The notes beneath the pieces are model-generated. The model was not told where the DNA came from. It did not search any database and saw only the letters and a list, made by a program, of their open reading frames with translations. From an uncultured Litoreibacter sp. (GTDB lineage Bacteria > Pseudomonadota > Alphaproteobacteria > Rhodobacterales > Rhodobacteraceae), in NCBI RefSeq assembly GCF_947487515.1, contig NZ_CANKWO010000003.1, forward strand, positions 139,103 through 203,102: a DNA stretch of 64,000 bases, in the 5' to 3' direction. A program made the position numbers and the translations under genes. The stretch's first letter is position 1, and each line of letters opens with the position of its first letter. Positions 26,548-36,466 of the stretch are shown here, piece after piece.

Positions 26548-27078
26548 TCACGTTTCCCGTGTCGCTTGCTGCATGTCACGCATTTTGCGAAAAACGTCGC
26601 GCCCGTTTTTAAGCAATTCAAATCCAATCTGTTCCGATACGGTAACGTTTTGGGTCCGGTGCTCAACGGTGTCGAAGTATATGGAAGACAAATCGCCATC
26701 GACAAATTGCAGCGGCTTTTCTGAAGTGAGAGGATAACTGTCGAGCTTTCGAGACCCAAAGAAAGACTTGGTCGCGATAAAGGCGCGTTTGTTGGTCAAC
26801 GTATAGAAACAATTCCGACGCTCCCAAGCCCTCCAGAAAGGTTTGCCGATAAGGTTGAAAGAACCAACCCCGAAAAAGAGCAATCCGAACATCCAAAAAG
26901 GTCCAGGAGCTTGTGACGCCATCACCATCCAAAAAACCGAGAACCCAGTGAAGAACATGTAGAAAAATGGTTCAAATGGTGATTTGAATTCGAAGCGAAT
27001 TTTGGGCTCAGGGTGGCCCTGCCAGATGATTTCTTCTCCATCATCCAAGATACCTCGCCATTTGGATAATTCGCTCAA
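26548..27078 (-). CDS. bacterial PH-domain (bPH_2/DUF304, YdbS-like) membrane protein
   Basis: The layout [10 protein letters not shown] - two helices - [11 protein letters not shown] matches bPH_2 proteins. The TTG start overlaps the pyrB stop (TTGA). AT-richer than flanks. Confidence 0.6.
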   Translation of the reverse strand: MSELSKWRGILDDGEEIIWQGHPEPKIRFEFKSPFEPFFYMFFTGFSVFWMVMASQAPGPFWMFGLLFFGVGSFNLIGKPFWRAWERRNCFYTLTNKRAFIATKSFFGSRKLDSYPLTSEKPLQFVDGDLSSIYFDTVEHRTQNVTVSEQIGFELLKNGRDVFRKMRDMQQATRET

Positions 27079-28031
27079 ACCATTACCCCTTGATTTGCCG
27101 CGGCTTCGCGGCGGGTGCGCACCAGCAGCTCCATCGCGGCCATGCGCACGGCGACGCCCATCTCGACCTGCTCTTGGATCACGCTTCGGTTGATGTCGTC
27201 GGCCAACACGCCATCGATCTCCACGCCGCGGTTCATTGGGCCGGGATGCATGATGATCGCGTCGTCTTTGGCGTAAGCCATCTTTTCAGGGTCCAGCCCG
27301 TAGCGGTGGTAGTATTCGCGCTCTGACGGGATGAAGCCACCGTCCATGCGTTCTTTCTGGAGGCGCAGCATCATCACCACATCGACGTCTTGCAGGCCTT
27401 CGCGCATGTCCTCGAACACCTCAACGCCGAATTCCTCCATGCCCGTGGGCATCAAGGTTGGCGGCCCGATCAGGCGCACGCGGTTTTCCATTTTACCCAG
27501 CAGCATGATGTTGGAGCGCGCCACGCGGCTATGCGCAATATCGCCGCAAATGGCGATAGACAGGCGGTGAAGCCGCCCTTTGACGCGACGAATGGTCAGC
27601 GCATCCAGCAAGGCCTGCGTAGGGTGCTCGTGCTTGCCGTCGCCTGCGTTCAGCACTGCGCAATTCACCTTCTGGGCCAGCAAGTCCACCGCCCCAGAAT
27701 GAGGGTGGCGCACGACCAACAAATCGGGGTGCATGGCGTTCAGGGTCAGGGCCGTGTCGATCAGCGTCTCGCCCTTTTTGACGGAGCTGGCCTGCATGGC
27801 CATGTTCATTACATCCGCCCCAAGGCGTTTGCCCGCAATCTCGAAGCTGGCTTGGGTGCGGGTGGAGTTCTCAAAGAACATGTTGATCTGGGTCAGCCCC
27901 GCCAGCGCATCAGAATGCTTCACATCGCGGCGGTTCAAGTCGACATATTGGTCGGCCAGATCAAGAAGAGTGGTGATTTCATCGGGGCCGAGATGCTCTA
28001 TCCCCAGCAGATGCTTCGCGCGGAATGTCAT
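27075..28031 (-). CDS. pyrB: aspartate carbamoyltransferase catalytic subunit
   Basis: [17 protein letters not shown] and HPGPMNRG motifs. Trimmed to ATG 28031 (MTFRAKH). Confidence 0.95.
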   Translation of the reverse strand: MTFRAKHLLGIEHLGPDEITTLLDLADQYVDLNRRDVKHSDALAGLTQINMFFENSTRTQASFEIAGKRLGADVMNMAMQASSVKKGETLIDTALTLNAMHPDLLVVRHPHSGAVDLLAQKVNCAVLNAGDGKHEHPTQALLDALTIRRVKGRLHRLSIAICGDIAHSRVARSNIMLLGKMENRVRLIGPPTLMPTGMEEFGVEVFEDMREGLQDVDVVMMLRLQKERMDGGFIPSEREYYHRYGLDPEKMAYAKDDAIIMHPGPMNRGVEIDGVLADDINRSVIQEQVEMGVAVRMAAMELLVRTRREAAANQGVMV

Positions 28032-28146
28032 GACGACCCTCATCGTGATTTTGTCGGGTTATAGGGGCGCGCGTCCAGTCGGGCAAGCCACGCCTTCGGA
28101 CGATAGGCCATTGTCGTACCTGTGTGGCCGGACTAGGTTTAGCCCC

Positions 28147-28917
28147 ATGGAATCGGGACTGGACTTTCACACGGCCAAAGCGCTGTTGGACTGGCATGTA
28201 GACCTTGGCGCGGATGAAGCGATCGGGGACGCGCCGATTAACCGCTATGAGGTGCCCAAAGAAGCCCCCAAAATGGCGAAGCCCAAGCCCGCCGAGGCGC
28301 CCCCTGTCGCCTTGCAGACGGGCCCCGATCCGGTCGCAGTCGCCCGCGAGTTGGCGCAAGGCGCGCAAGATTTGGGCGCGCTGCGGGCCGCGATGGCGTC
28401 CTTTCCCCATTGCGACTTGAAGAATGGCGCTCGCAATCTGGTGTTTAGCAACGGGGTGGCGGGGGCCAAGGTCATGGTGATTAGCGACGCCCCGACCCGC
28501 GAGGAAGACCGTGAAGGGCAGCCGCTAATTGGCCCTGCGGGTCTCTTGCTGGACGCGATGTTTGGCGCGATTGATCACGGGCGCGACCATGCGGAAAACC
28601 CGATATATGTGGCCAGCGTGCTGCCTTGGCGCCCGCAAACCCGCGAGCCAAACCCAAAAGACATCGCGATGATGCTGCCTTTCCTGACGCGCCACATTGC
28701 ATTGGCCAACCCCGATATCTTGGTGCTGATGGGCAACCAAGCCTGCGAGGCTCTGTTGGGCCGCAAGGGCATCTCCAAGCTGCGCGGCACTTGGGCGGAA
28801 GCCTTGGGCAAACCCGCGCTTCCGATGCTGCATCCAGCCTATTTGATGCGCACCCCGCAAGCCAAACGCGAAACTTGGGCGGATTTGCTAAGCCTTCAAG
28901 CCAAGCTGCGCGGATGA
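28147..28917 (+). CDS. uracil-DNA glycosylase superfamily protein (family-4-like, divergent motif A)
   Basis: NLVFSNG...VMVISDAPTREEDREGQPLIGPAGLLLD...LHPAYLMR aligns to family 4 UDG. The upstream part of track ORF 27733.. is antisense to pyrB, so I trimmed to ATG 28147. Confidence 0.8.
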   Translation: MESGLDFHTAKALLDWHVDLGADEAIGDAPINRYEVPKEAPKMAKPKPAEAPPVALQTGPDPVAVARELAQGAQDLGALRAAMASFPHCDLKNGARNLVFSNGVAGAKVMVISDAPTREEDREGQPLIGPAGLLLDAMFGAIDHGRDHAENPIYVASVLPWRPQTREPNPKDIAMMLPFLTRHIALANPDILVLMGNQACEALLGRKGISKLRGTWAEALGKPALPMLHPAYLMRTPQAKRETWADLLSLQAKLRG

Positions 28918-29468
28918 AGTGGCTTGCGGCCTTGATGATGCTCAGCGTGCCCGCGATGGGGCAATCTGCACTGGATATTGATTTCAACGCGTTGTTTGAA
29001 GGGGGGGCTGGGCAAGATCAGATCACAACCCACGGCGTGACTTTGATGCGGCGGACCGAGCCCAACGGATCGGTGAGCTATCAGGGAACCGACGCCACAG
29101 AGCAAGGCGCCGTCGGATGCTGGATGATGATCGCCGTACATGCTGCCGCGATGGATCGAAAATGCGACCTGCCGATCAACCCAAGCGAGCGCCATGCGTT
29201 GGACAATTTGCTGGGGGGAATTGCCCGATTTTACGCAAAGAACAATTTCCCCGTGCTGCCTGAGGGGCGCGATTTGCCATCGGTGCGCGCGGCGATTGAG
29301 GTGTTGATCCGCAGCGAGCGCTCCTCCATCCCTGCGGCTGTTTGCACAGGAGAGGCCGCCGATTTTGTGGTCAGTTTTATCGACGGATTAAGAGTAGATG
29401 CCGCCGAGCAAGACTTCCTTGATGTGCTTGGCCCTGCGCGACTTCCCGTTGCTAACCCCTGCTTTTAA
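28914..29468 (+). CDS. hypothetical secreted protein (184 aa)
   Basis: Signal-peptide-like MKWLAALMMLSVPAMG. ATGA overlap with the UDG stop. Four Cys. No family recognised. Confidence 0.55.
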   Translation: MKWLAALMMLSVPAMGQSALDIDFNALFEGGAGQDQITTHGVTLMRRTEPNGSVSYQGTDATEQGAVGCWMMIAVHAAAMDRKCDLPINPSERHALDNLLGGIARFYAKNNFPVLPEGRDLPSVRAAIEVLIRSERSSIPAAVCTGEAADFVVSFIDGLRVDAAEQDFLDVLGPARLPVANPCF

Positions 29469-29480
29469 AGGACCCTTTGG

Positions 29481-30023
29481 ATGACAACGATCGACGCCTC
29501 AAAAGACTTCATCCCCGTGCGTATTGCCGTGATGACTGTGTCGGACACCCGCACGCCCGAGGACGACAAATCCGGCAACACATTGGTGGACCGTTTGCAA
29601 GCAGCGGGGCATATATTGGCAGACCGGATGATCCTGCGCGATGAACGCTCGGCGATTTCCGAGCAGCTGCGAGCATGGTGCGCCTCCCCTGATATTGACG
29701 TTATCTTGACCACCGGCGGCACTGGCCTGACGGGGCGGGATGTCACTGTCGAGGCCCATCGTGACGTCTACGAGAAAGAGATCGAGGCCTTCGGGACGGT
29801 GTTCACCATCGTATCCATGAAGAAGATTGGAACCTCCGCCGTGCAAAGCCGCGCAACAGGGGGGGTGTTGAACGGGACATATCTGTTTGCCCTGCCCGGA
29901 AGCCCCGGCGCGTGCAAAGACGCATGGGATGAAATTCTGGTGCTTCAGCTGGACTACCGCCACCGCCCTTGCAACTTCGTTGAAATTTTCCCACGTCTGG
30001 ATGAACACAAGCGACGGAAGTGA
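29481..30023 (+). CDS. moaB: molybdenum cofactor biosynthesis protein B
   Basis: VSDTR...DKSGN, LTTGGTGLTGRD, LPGSPGAC and the C-terminal PCNF pattern of proteobacterial MoaB. Confidence 0.85.
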   Translation: MTTIDASKDFIPVRIAVMTVSDTRTPEDDKSGNTLVDRLQAAGHILADRMILRDERSAISEQLRAWCASPDIDVILTTGGTGLTGRDVTVEAHRDVYEKEIEAFGTVFTIVSMKKIGTSAVQSRATGGVLNGTYLFALPGSPGACKDAWDEILVLQLDYRHRPCNFVEIFPRLDEHKRRK

Positions 30024-30109
30024 AGATGTTTCACGTTTAGGTATGTGACGTTGAACCTGCTACGTTGTGCGTTCTACGATACGAGTGAACTTTCGGAGCC
30101 CGATTTCAT

Positions 30110-31564
30110 ATGCGTTTTTTCCGCCGGAGCCTTGTTGGCCTGTTCCTGATGGCCCTGACCATTGGCCTGTTGGCGACGGGCGGGAATGTTATCTATGGCG
30201 CGCTTAAAGAGCGCTGGGCGCGCGACAGCACCGCCCGTCCCGCCCGCGAAAGAGTGTTTTCTGCGAATGTTGTGCTGCTCGAAGCCGCGACCGTGACACC
30301 GGTTTTGGCCAGCTTTGGCGAAATCCGGTCACGGCGCACGCTGGATTTACGCGCACCCGTGGGCGGCACAGTGGTGGAGCTGTCGAAGGATTTCCAAGAA
30401 GGCGGCATTGTGCGCGCAGGCCAGCTGCTGGCGCGTATTGATCCTGCTGAAGCCCAAAATGCCGTCGATGTGGCGGAAACAGACTTGGTCGAAGCGCAGG
30501 CGGATTTGACAGATGCCCGCGCGGCTTTGGAGTTGGCCGAAGACGACCGCGCCGCCGCCGTCGAGCAGTTGGCGCTGCGCAGCCGTGCCTATCAACGCCA
30601 ACGCGACCTAAAGGCGCGGGGTGTGGGAACCGAAGCCAGTGTCGAAGTTGCCGAGCTGGCGGAAGCCAGCGCAAAACAGGCCGTGCTGTCGCGCCGCCAA
30701 GCGATCCAGCAAGCCGAAGCCCTCGTAAGTCAAACCCGTACCTTAATCGAGCGCCGCCGCATCACCCTGTCCAACGCGCAACGACTTTTGGCCGACACGG
30801 AGGTCTTTGCGGCCTTTGACGGGCGTCTGTCGGGCGTTACCGCGACCGAAGGCGGCTTGGTCGCCAATAACGAACGACTGGCGGAACTGATCGACGCCGA
30901 TGCGCTTGAGGTATCGTTTCGCGTTTCCACGGCCCAATATGCGCGACTTCTAGAGGCTGACGGTTCTCTGACGGACGCGCCGGTGAAGGTCACCTTGGAT
31001 GTTTTGGGGACCGATCTGAGCTTTGAGGGCCGTCTGACACGCGAAAGTGCTGCCGTATCTGAAGGGACAACCGGACGTCTGCTGTTTGCCGAGCTCGCGA
31101 ACACCCGCGGATTGCGTCCAGGTGATTTTGTGACCGTCGCCATTGAGGAGCCGGAGTTGGAGCGGGTCTCGTTGATCCCGTCTACCGCTGTGGATGCCGC
31201 GGGCGGCGTTTTGGTTCTGGGCAGCGGTGACCGTTTGGAGGACGGGCAGGTCACCGTGCTGCACCGCCAAGGCGACGATGTGATTGTGCGCGCCCACAGT
31301 CTTGTTGACCGCGAGATTGTGGCAGAGCGTTCTCAACTGTTGGGGGTAGGGATCAAGGTGCGGCCGTTGCGCGGCAACCGCGAGGTGCCAGAGACCCCGC
31401 AAATGGTGGAGCTGGAACAAGACCGCCGCGCCAAATTGATCGCCTTCGTTGAGGCCAACGGCCGCATCCCCGATGAGGTCAAAGCCCGAATGTTGACCCA
31501 ACTGGCGGAACCGAAAGTCCCCGCCGCCATGGTGAAGCGGCTTGAAAGCCGCATGGGAAGCTAG
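30110..31564 (+). CDS. efflux RND transporter periplasmic adaptor (HlyD/MFP family)
   Basis: N-terminal anchor, long coiled-coil hairpin region and beta-barrel domains. Immediately precedes the RND permease. Confidence 0.85.
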   Translation: MRFFRRSLVGLFLMALTIGLLATGGNVIYGALKERWARDSTARPARERVFSANVVLLEAATVTPVLASFGEIRSRRTLDLRAPVGGTVVELSKDFQEGGIVRAGQLLARIDPAEAQNAVDVAETDLVEAQADLTDARAALELAEDDRAAAVEQLALRSRAYQRQRDLKARGVGTEASVEVAELAEASAKQAVLSRRQAIQQAEALVSQTRTLIERRRITLSNAQRLLADTEVFAAFDGRLSGVTATEGGLVANNERLAELIDADALEVSFRVSTAQYARLLEADGSLTDAPVKVTLDVLGTDLSFEGRLTRESAAVSEGTTGRLLFAELANTRGLRPGDFVTVAIEEPELERVSLIPSTAVDAAGGVLVLGSGDRLEDGQVTVLHRQGDDVIVRAHSLVDREIVAERSQLLGVGIKVRPLRGNREVPETPQMVELEQDRRAKLIAFVEANGRIPDEVKARMLTQLAEPKVPAAMVKRLESRMGS

Positions 31565-31567
31565 GCC

Positions 31568-34500
31568 ATGAAGCGCCGCATCGGATCAAAAACTGGCGGA
31601 ATACTGTCTTACTTTACCCGTCATGGAACCGCGGCGAATTTGTTGCTGGTCATTCTGATTGCGATGGGCGCCGCTGCCGTTCCGCGCATGAATACCCAAT
31701 TCTTCCCTGATGTGATTGTCGACAGTGTTTCGGTCAGCGTTCAATGGGACGGTGCGGGGGCAGATGACGTCGACGGGGCGATTGTCCAGCTGCTTGAGCC
31801 CGCGTTGCTGGCTGTTGAGGGGGTCGAGAGCTCCAATTCCCAATCGCGCGAGGGCAGTGCCAGCATCCGTCTGGAATTCGAACCGAACTGGGATATGTCG
31901 CGCGCCGCCGATGATGTGCAGGTGGCGGTGGACAGCGTCAACAACCTGCCCGACGATGCCGAAGAACCCAATGTGCGCCGCGGCGCTTGGCGAGACAGGG
32001 TCACCGATGTGGTGATTTCGGGGCCTGTGTCTGTGGGGCAGCTTGGCCGGTTTGCAGATGAATTCGTCACGCGCCTTTTTGCCGCCGGAGTGACCCGTGC
32101 CACCATTCGCGGCGTCGCAGCGCCGGAAACGATTGTGGAGGTGTCGTCGCTGTCGCTGATCCGCAATGACATATCGATGGCGCAGATAGGGGATGCCATT
32201 CGCGGCGAAGCCTCCGCCGATCCGGCAGGAGATGTGGACGGCGCAAATGCCCGCGTACGCACCGGAGTGGCCAAACGAACTGCGGACCAGATATCGGGGA
32301 TCGTACTGCGTTCGAACCCTGACGGATCGAAGCTGACAATTGGCGACGTGGCCGTGATCCTTGTGGAAGGCAGCGACCGCGAACGGGCGTATTTTGTAGG
32401 CGATAACCCTGCCGTGTCGATCCGCATTGATCGCAGCATTCGCGGGGATGCCATTGCCATTCAGGGGCAGGTGCAAGAGGTGGCCAAAGAGCTGGAGCGG
32501 ACCCTTCCCGAAGGCACCAAGGTTGAACTGATCCGCACCAGATCCGAGGCGATTTCGGGGCGTTTGAATATCTTGCTCGACAATGGGCTGGTGGGGCTTG
32601 GGTTGGTCGTATTGCTGTTGTTTCTGTTTCTCAATGCGCGCACCGCCTTTTGGGTCGCGGCGGGTGTGCCGGTGGCCATGCTGGGCGCGATTGCGATGAT
32701 GTATGCGGCTGGGATCACGATCAACATGGTGTCCCTGTTTGCGCTGATTATCACGCTCGGGATCGTTGTGGATGACGCCATTGTGGTGGGGGAGCACGCC
32801 GATTTTCGGGCCTCCACCCTTGGCGAAGACCCTGCCACCGCCGCCGAGAATGCTGCACGCCGCATGGCGCAACCGGTGTTTGCTGCGACCATAACCACCG
32901 TCATAGCCTTCTTCGGGTTGGTGGCTGTCGGTGGCCGGTTTGGCGACCTGATCGCTGACATCCCGTTTACCGTTATTGTGGTGTTGCTGGCCTCCTTGGT
33001 GGAGTGCTTCTTGATCCTGCCAAACCACATGGCGCACGCCTTGGCGGCGCAGTCAAAGGAACGCTGGTATGACTGGCCGTCACGCACAGTGACGCGCGGG
33101 TTCAACTGGTCGCGGGAGACATTGTTTCGCCCGTTTATAACGGGGGTGATTTGGGCGCGCTATCCGGTGATGGCGGGGGCGATTGTCTTGCTGATGTCGC
33201 AAGCCGCCTTGTTTATCAAAGGTGATGTGACCTGGCGGTTTTTTAACGCGCCGGAGCGCGGGTCGATTTCGGGAAATTTCGCGATGTTGCCGGGTGCCAC
33301 CCGCGACGACACCATGGACATGATGCGCGAAATGCAGCGGGCCACAAATGAGCTGGCCTCGAAATATGAGGCCGAGCATGGCCGCAACCCGATTGACTAT
33401 GTGTTAGCGGAAGTCGGCGGCACGACCGGACGCGGGTTGGCAGGGCAAGAGACGAAGAATGCGGATCAGCTTGGCTCTATCGCGATAGAATTAATCGAGG
33501 CTGACCTGCGCAGCTATTCAAGTTTTCAATTCGTAGGTGAATTGCAAGATGCCGTGCGCCGGCACCCTATGCTGGAGACCGTGAGCTTCCGTGGCTGGCG
33601 CTCGGGCCCAGGAGGCGACGCCTTGGATGTGCAGATCTACGGAGCAGATGCCGCGACTTTGAAGCAGGCCTCCGAGCGACTGAAAACCGTGCTCTCAACA
33701 TTCGCGGAAGTCTCGGCTTTGGAAGACAACCTTGCCTATGACAAAGAAGAGTTGATCCTTGATTTAACCGCCCAAGGGCAGGCGTTGGGTTTTACCATCG
33801 ACGCCTTGGGCCGCGTGTTGCGCAACCGTTTGAATGGCATTGAAGCGGCGACATACCCTGACGGGCCGCGGTCCGCGACGATCCGTGTGGAGCTGCCGAA
33901 GGGCGAACTGACGGCCGACTTCCTAGAGCGCACATTCCTGCGCGCACAATCTGGCGAATATGTCCCCCTAAGCGACATTGTCGCCGTCGTGCGCCAGTCC
34001 GGCTTTTCCACCGTGCGGCGCGAAAACGGCGTTCGGTTGGTCTCGGTCACTGGTGATTTATCCGAAGACGACCCCGTGCGCGCCGAAGAAATCATGGCCT
34101 CCCTAGAGGAAGACATCCTGCCGATGATAGAGCAGGACTACGGCGTCGCGACCACCTTGTCGGGCTTGGCAGAGCAAGAGAGCGAGTTCCTAACTGACGC
34201 GGGCCTAGGCTTCATGTTCTGCCTGATCGGAATCTATCTGGCACTGGCTTGGGTTTTCTCGAGTTGGACCAGACCTTTGGTTATCATGTTGATTATTCCC
34301 TTCGGCTTGGTTGGCACCATCTATGGCCACCACGCGTGGGACGTGCCTTTGTCGATGTTCACGGTAGTGGGATTGATCGGGATGACGGGGATTATCATCA
34401 ACGATTCGATTGTATTGGTGTCTACGGTGGATGAATACGCCCAAGAACGGGGATTGATCCCCGCGATCATCGACGGAACCGCCGACCGGTTGCGCCCCGT

Positions 34501-34954
34501 TTTGCTAACCACCCTGACCACCGTGTTGGGGTTGGCGCCGCTTTTGTTTGAGACGTCGTCGCAGGCGCAGTTCCTGAAGCCCACGGTCATAACGCTGTGT
34601 TACGGGCTTGGCTTCGGGCTGGTGCTGGTGTTGCTGATCGTGCCGTCGCTGATGGCGATGCAGGCGGATGTGGCGCGGCAAGTCACCGCGGCGCGGCGGG
34701 CAATCTCGGCGGATGGCGGGATGCGCTGGATCACCCTGAGCTTTGCGTTGATCATTGCCGCGCTATTTGGGGTGACCTTGGGCAGTGTATCGATCTTGGG
34801 CGAGATGTCGGCGCCGGTCGCAATGCTTGCGGGTGACGGCAGCTCTGTTCTGTCGGCTTTGTTGTTGTTTGTGCTGGGGACCGCCTTGCTATTGGCCTTG
34901 GGCTGGGTTGCGGCGGTGCTGTTGCACCTGCGGGCGCGCCAAAAAAACGCCTAA
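31568..34954 (+). CDS. efflux RND transporter permease (AcrB/HAE family) with extended C-terminus
   Basis: 1128 aa with a 12-TM AcrB-like organisation (VDDAIVV motif, two large periplasmic loops) plus an extra hydrophobic tail of about 90 aa. Confidence 0.9.
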   Translation: MKRRIGSKTGGILSYFTRHGTAANLLLVILIAMGAAAVPRMNTQFFPDVIVDSVSVSVQWDGAGADDVDGAIVQLLEPALLAVEGVESSNSQSREGSASIRLEFEPNWDMSRAADDVQVAVDSVNNLPDDAEEPNVRRGAWRDRVTDVVISGPVSVGQLGRFADEFVTRLFAAGVTRATIRGVAAPETIVEVSSLSLIRNDISMAQIGDAIRGEASADPAGDVDGANARVRTGVAKRTADQISGIVLRSNPDGSKLTIGDVAVILVEGSDRERAYFVGDNPAVSIRIDRSIRGDAIAIQGQVQEVAKELERTLPEGTKVELIRTRSEAISGRLNILLDNGLVGLGLVVLLLFLFLNARTAFWVAAGVPVAMLGAIAMMYAAGITINMVSLFALIITLGIVVDDAIVVGEHADFRASTLGEDPATAAENAARRMAQPVFAATITTVIAFFGLVAVGGRFGDLIADIPFTVIVVLLASLVECFLILPNHMAHALAAQSKERWYDWPSRTVTRGFNWSRETLFRPFITGVIWARYPVMAGAIVLLMSQAALFIKGDVTWRFFNAPERGSISGNFAMLPGATRDDTMDMMREMQRATNELASKYEAEHGRNPIDYVLAEVGGTTGRGLAGQETKNADQLGSIAIELIEADLRSYSSFQFVGELQDAVRRHPMLETVSFRGWRSGPGGDALDVQIYGADAATLKQASERLKTVLSTFAEVSALEDNLAYDKEELILDLTAQGQALGFTIDALGRVLRNRLNGIEAATYPDGPRSATIRVELPKGELTADFLERTFLRAQSGEYVPLSDIVAVVRQSGFSTVRRENGVRLVSVTGDLSEDDPVRAEEIMASLEEDILPMIEQDYGVATTLSGLAEQESEFLTDAGLGFMFCLIGIYLALAWVFSSWTRPLVIMLIIPFGLVGTIYGHHAWDVPLSMFTVVGLIGMTGIIINDSIVLVSTVDEYAQERGLIPAIIDGTADRLRPVLLTTLTTVLGLAPLLFETSSQAQFLKPTVITLCYGLGFGLVLVLLIVPSLMAMQADVARQVTAARRAISADGGMRWITLSFALIIAALFGVTLGSVSILGEMSAPVAMLAGDGSSVLSALLLFVLGTALLLALGWVAAVLLHLRARQKNA

Positions 34955-35772
34955 GGGCAACCGATGATTTCAACGGCGGTTTGCGTGGTAATCACTGTAA
35001 CCCGCATTTGCTGCATATCCACGGCGAAGGGCGCGCCTGTGCGGCTGGCCACTTCGGCGCGCATTTTCAGGTGATCTCCGTCGCGGTGGATCAATGGCTC
35101 GGCAACCCACAGATGCGGGTTTGCAACCTCAATCACCACCGCTTCGCCATTGCCCGCGAGCGGAGGCATATCCAATTCAACATCTATCCGAGTATGGGTG
35201 TCACTGCGGTGAAGGGCACAGTTGATGTTTTGAACATTGGCCTGATCCGCGCTGAGCGGGTGCCGTTGCAACGCGGCAGAAATCTCGGTGACATCGGTTT
35301 GATCCGCAGGGTCCAACAATGCGTGCAAATCCAAGTTCACCGGCATGCAAACCTCGTCGCAGACGCCGAAGGCCAAATGCCCGTCAATTTCAATGGGCCC
35401 GTTGCCATCGGCATCAAACGCCAAGGGCAGCACAAATTCATCGCGGTACCCCACAGAGCGAAGCCCGTTCTGGCGAAAGACCTGCGGGATCGGCCAAAGC
35501 GTATGCGCCTCGCGTAGGTTGGTCGAGGCGGACCAGTCCATGCGTGTGGGGATGCCGCCATCTCCAGGGGCGCGCCAGTAGGTTTTCCACCCTGGGGCCA
35601 AGCTGAATCTCAAGGCGGCATGATGTGTCCCATGCTCATCGCGCCAGCCGGTCAACAGCGAAACAGACACCACATCCGACAAGCCGTTCTCCACGATCTG
35701 CGCGGACGCAGGGGAAAGGGCGGACATAGTGCCGACAAGGGCAGCGCCAAAAGAAGTCAAGAATCTGTTCAT
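34951..35772 (-). CDS. periplasmic protein with DsbD N-terminal-like (thiol:disulfide interchange) domain
   Basis: Signal peptide, then LAPGWKTYWRAPGDGGIP and FGVCDEVCMP, typical of DsbD/ScsB N-terminal-like domains. Confidence 0.7.
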   Translation of the reverse strand: MNRFLTSFGAALVGTMSALSPASAQIVENGLSDVVSVSLLTGWRDEHGTHHAALRFSLAPGWKTYWRAPGDGGIPTRMDWSASTNLREAHTLWPIPQVFRQNGLRSVGYRDEFVLPLAFDADGNGPIEIDGHLAFGVCDEVCMPVNLDLHALLDPADQTDVTEISAALQRHPLSADQANVQNINCALHRSDTHTRIDVELDMPPLAGNGEAVVIEVANPHLWVAEPLIHRDGDHLKMRAEVASRTGAPFAVDMQQMRVTVITTQTAVEIIGCP

Positions 35773-35896
35773 ACTATTTCGATAGCGGCTCTCAATATGA
35801 CATTAAACTCACGTTTGAGCGAGGCTTTGCAGAAGTTTTACTCTGCGCCTTTGAGGTCGCTTGTAAGCGCAGGGCCAAATCGCCAGTTTGCACCCC

Positions 35897-36466
35897 ATGA
35901 GTATTGATTCGACTTCGCTGGCAGGAAAGCTGCTGATTGCCATGCCCGACATGGGCGACCCGCGCTTTGAGCGGTCTGTGATTTTCATGTGTTCCCACTC
36001 GGCCGAACGCGCCATGGGGCTCATTGTCAACAAAACGGCGCGGGATTTGAAATTCAACGACCTGTTAAAGCAGCTTGATATCCCCTTGGCCCCGCCAGAG
36101 CGCGAGATCACCGTGCATATTGGCGGGCCGGTGGATTACGGGCGGGGTTTTGTGCTGCACTCCCCAGATTACCACAGCACCGACAACACATTGGACATCG
36201 ACGGCGGCTACGGGCTGACGGCGACGCTGGACATTCTTGAGGACATCTCGACCGGCGACGGGCCAGAGCAGTGCCTGCTGACCATGGGTTATGCCGGTTG
36301 GGGGGCTGGGCAATTGGAAAACGAAATCCAACGCAACGGTTGGCTGATCTGTGACGCGGATAGTGACTTGATCTTCAAAGGCGCGAATATTGCCAAATGG
36401 AGCGGAGCCTTGGACCTGCTGGGGGTCGATCCTTTGATGTTGTCCCCTGGCGGTGGCTCAGCCTGA
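35897..36466 (+). CDS. YqgE/AlgH family protein (UPF0301)
   Basis: LLIAMPDMGDPRFERSVIFMCSH...GLIVNK signature. ATG 35897 preferred over TTG 35888. Confidence 0.85.
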   Translation: MSIDSTSLAGKLLIAMPDMGDPRFERSVIFMCSHSAERAMGLIVNKTARDLKFNDLLKQLDIPLAPPEREITVHIGGPVDYGRGFVLHSPDYHSTDNTLDIDGGYGLTATLDILEDISTGDGPEQCLLTMGYAGWGAGQLENEIQRNGWLICDADSDLIFKGANIAKWSGALDLLGVDPLMLSPGGGSA

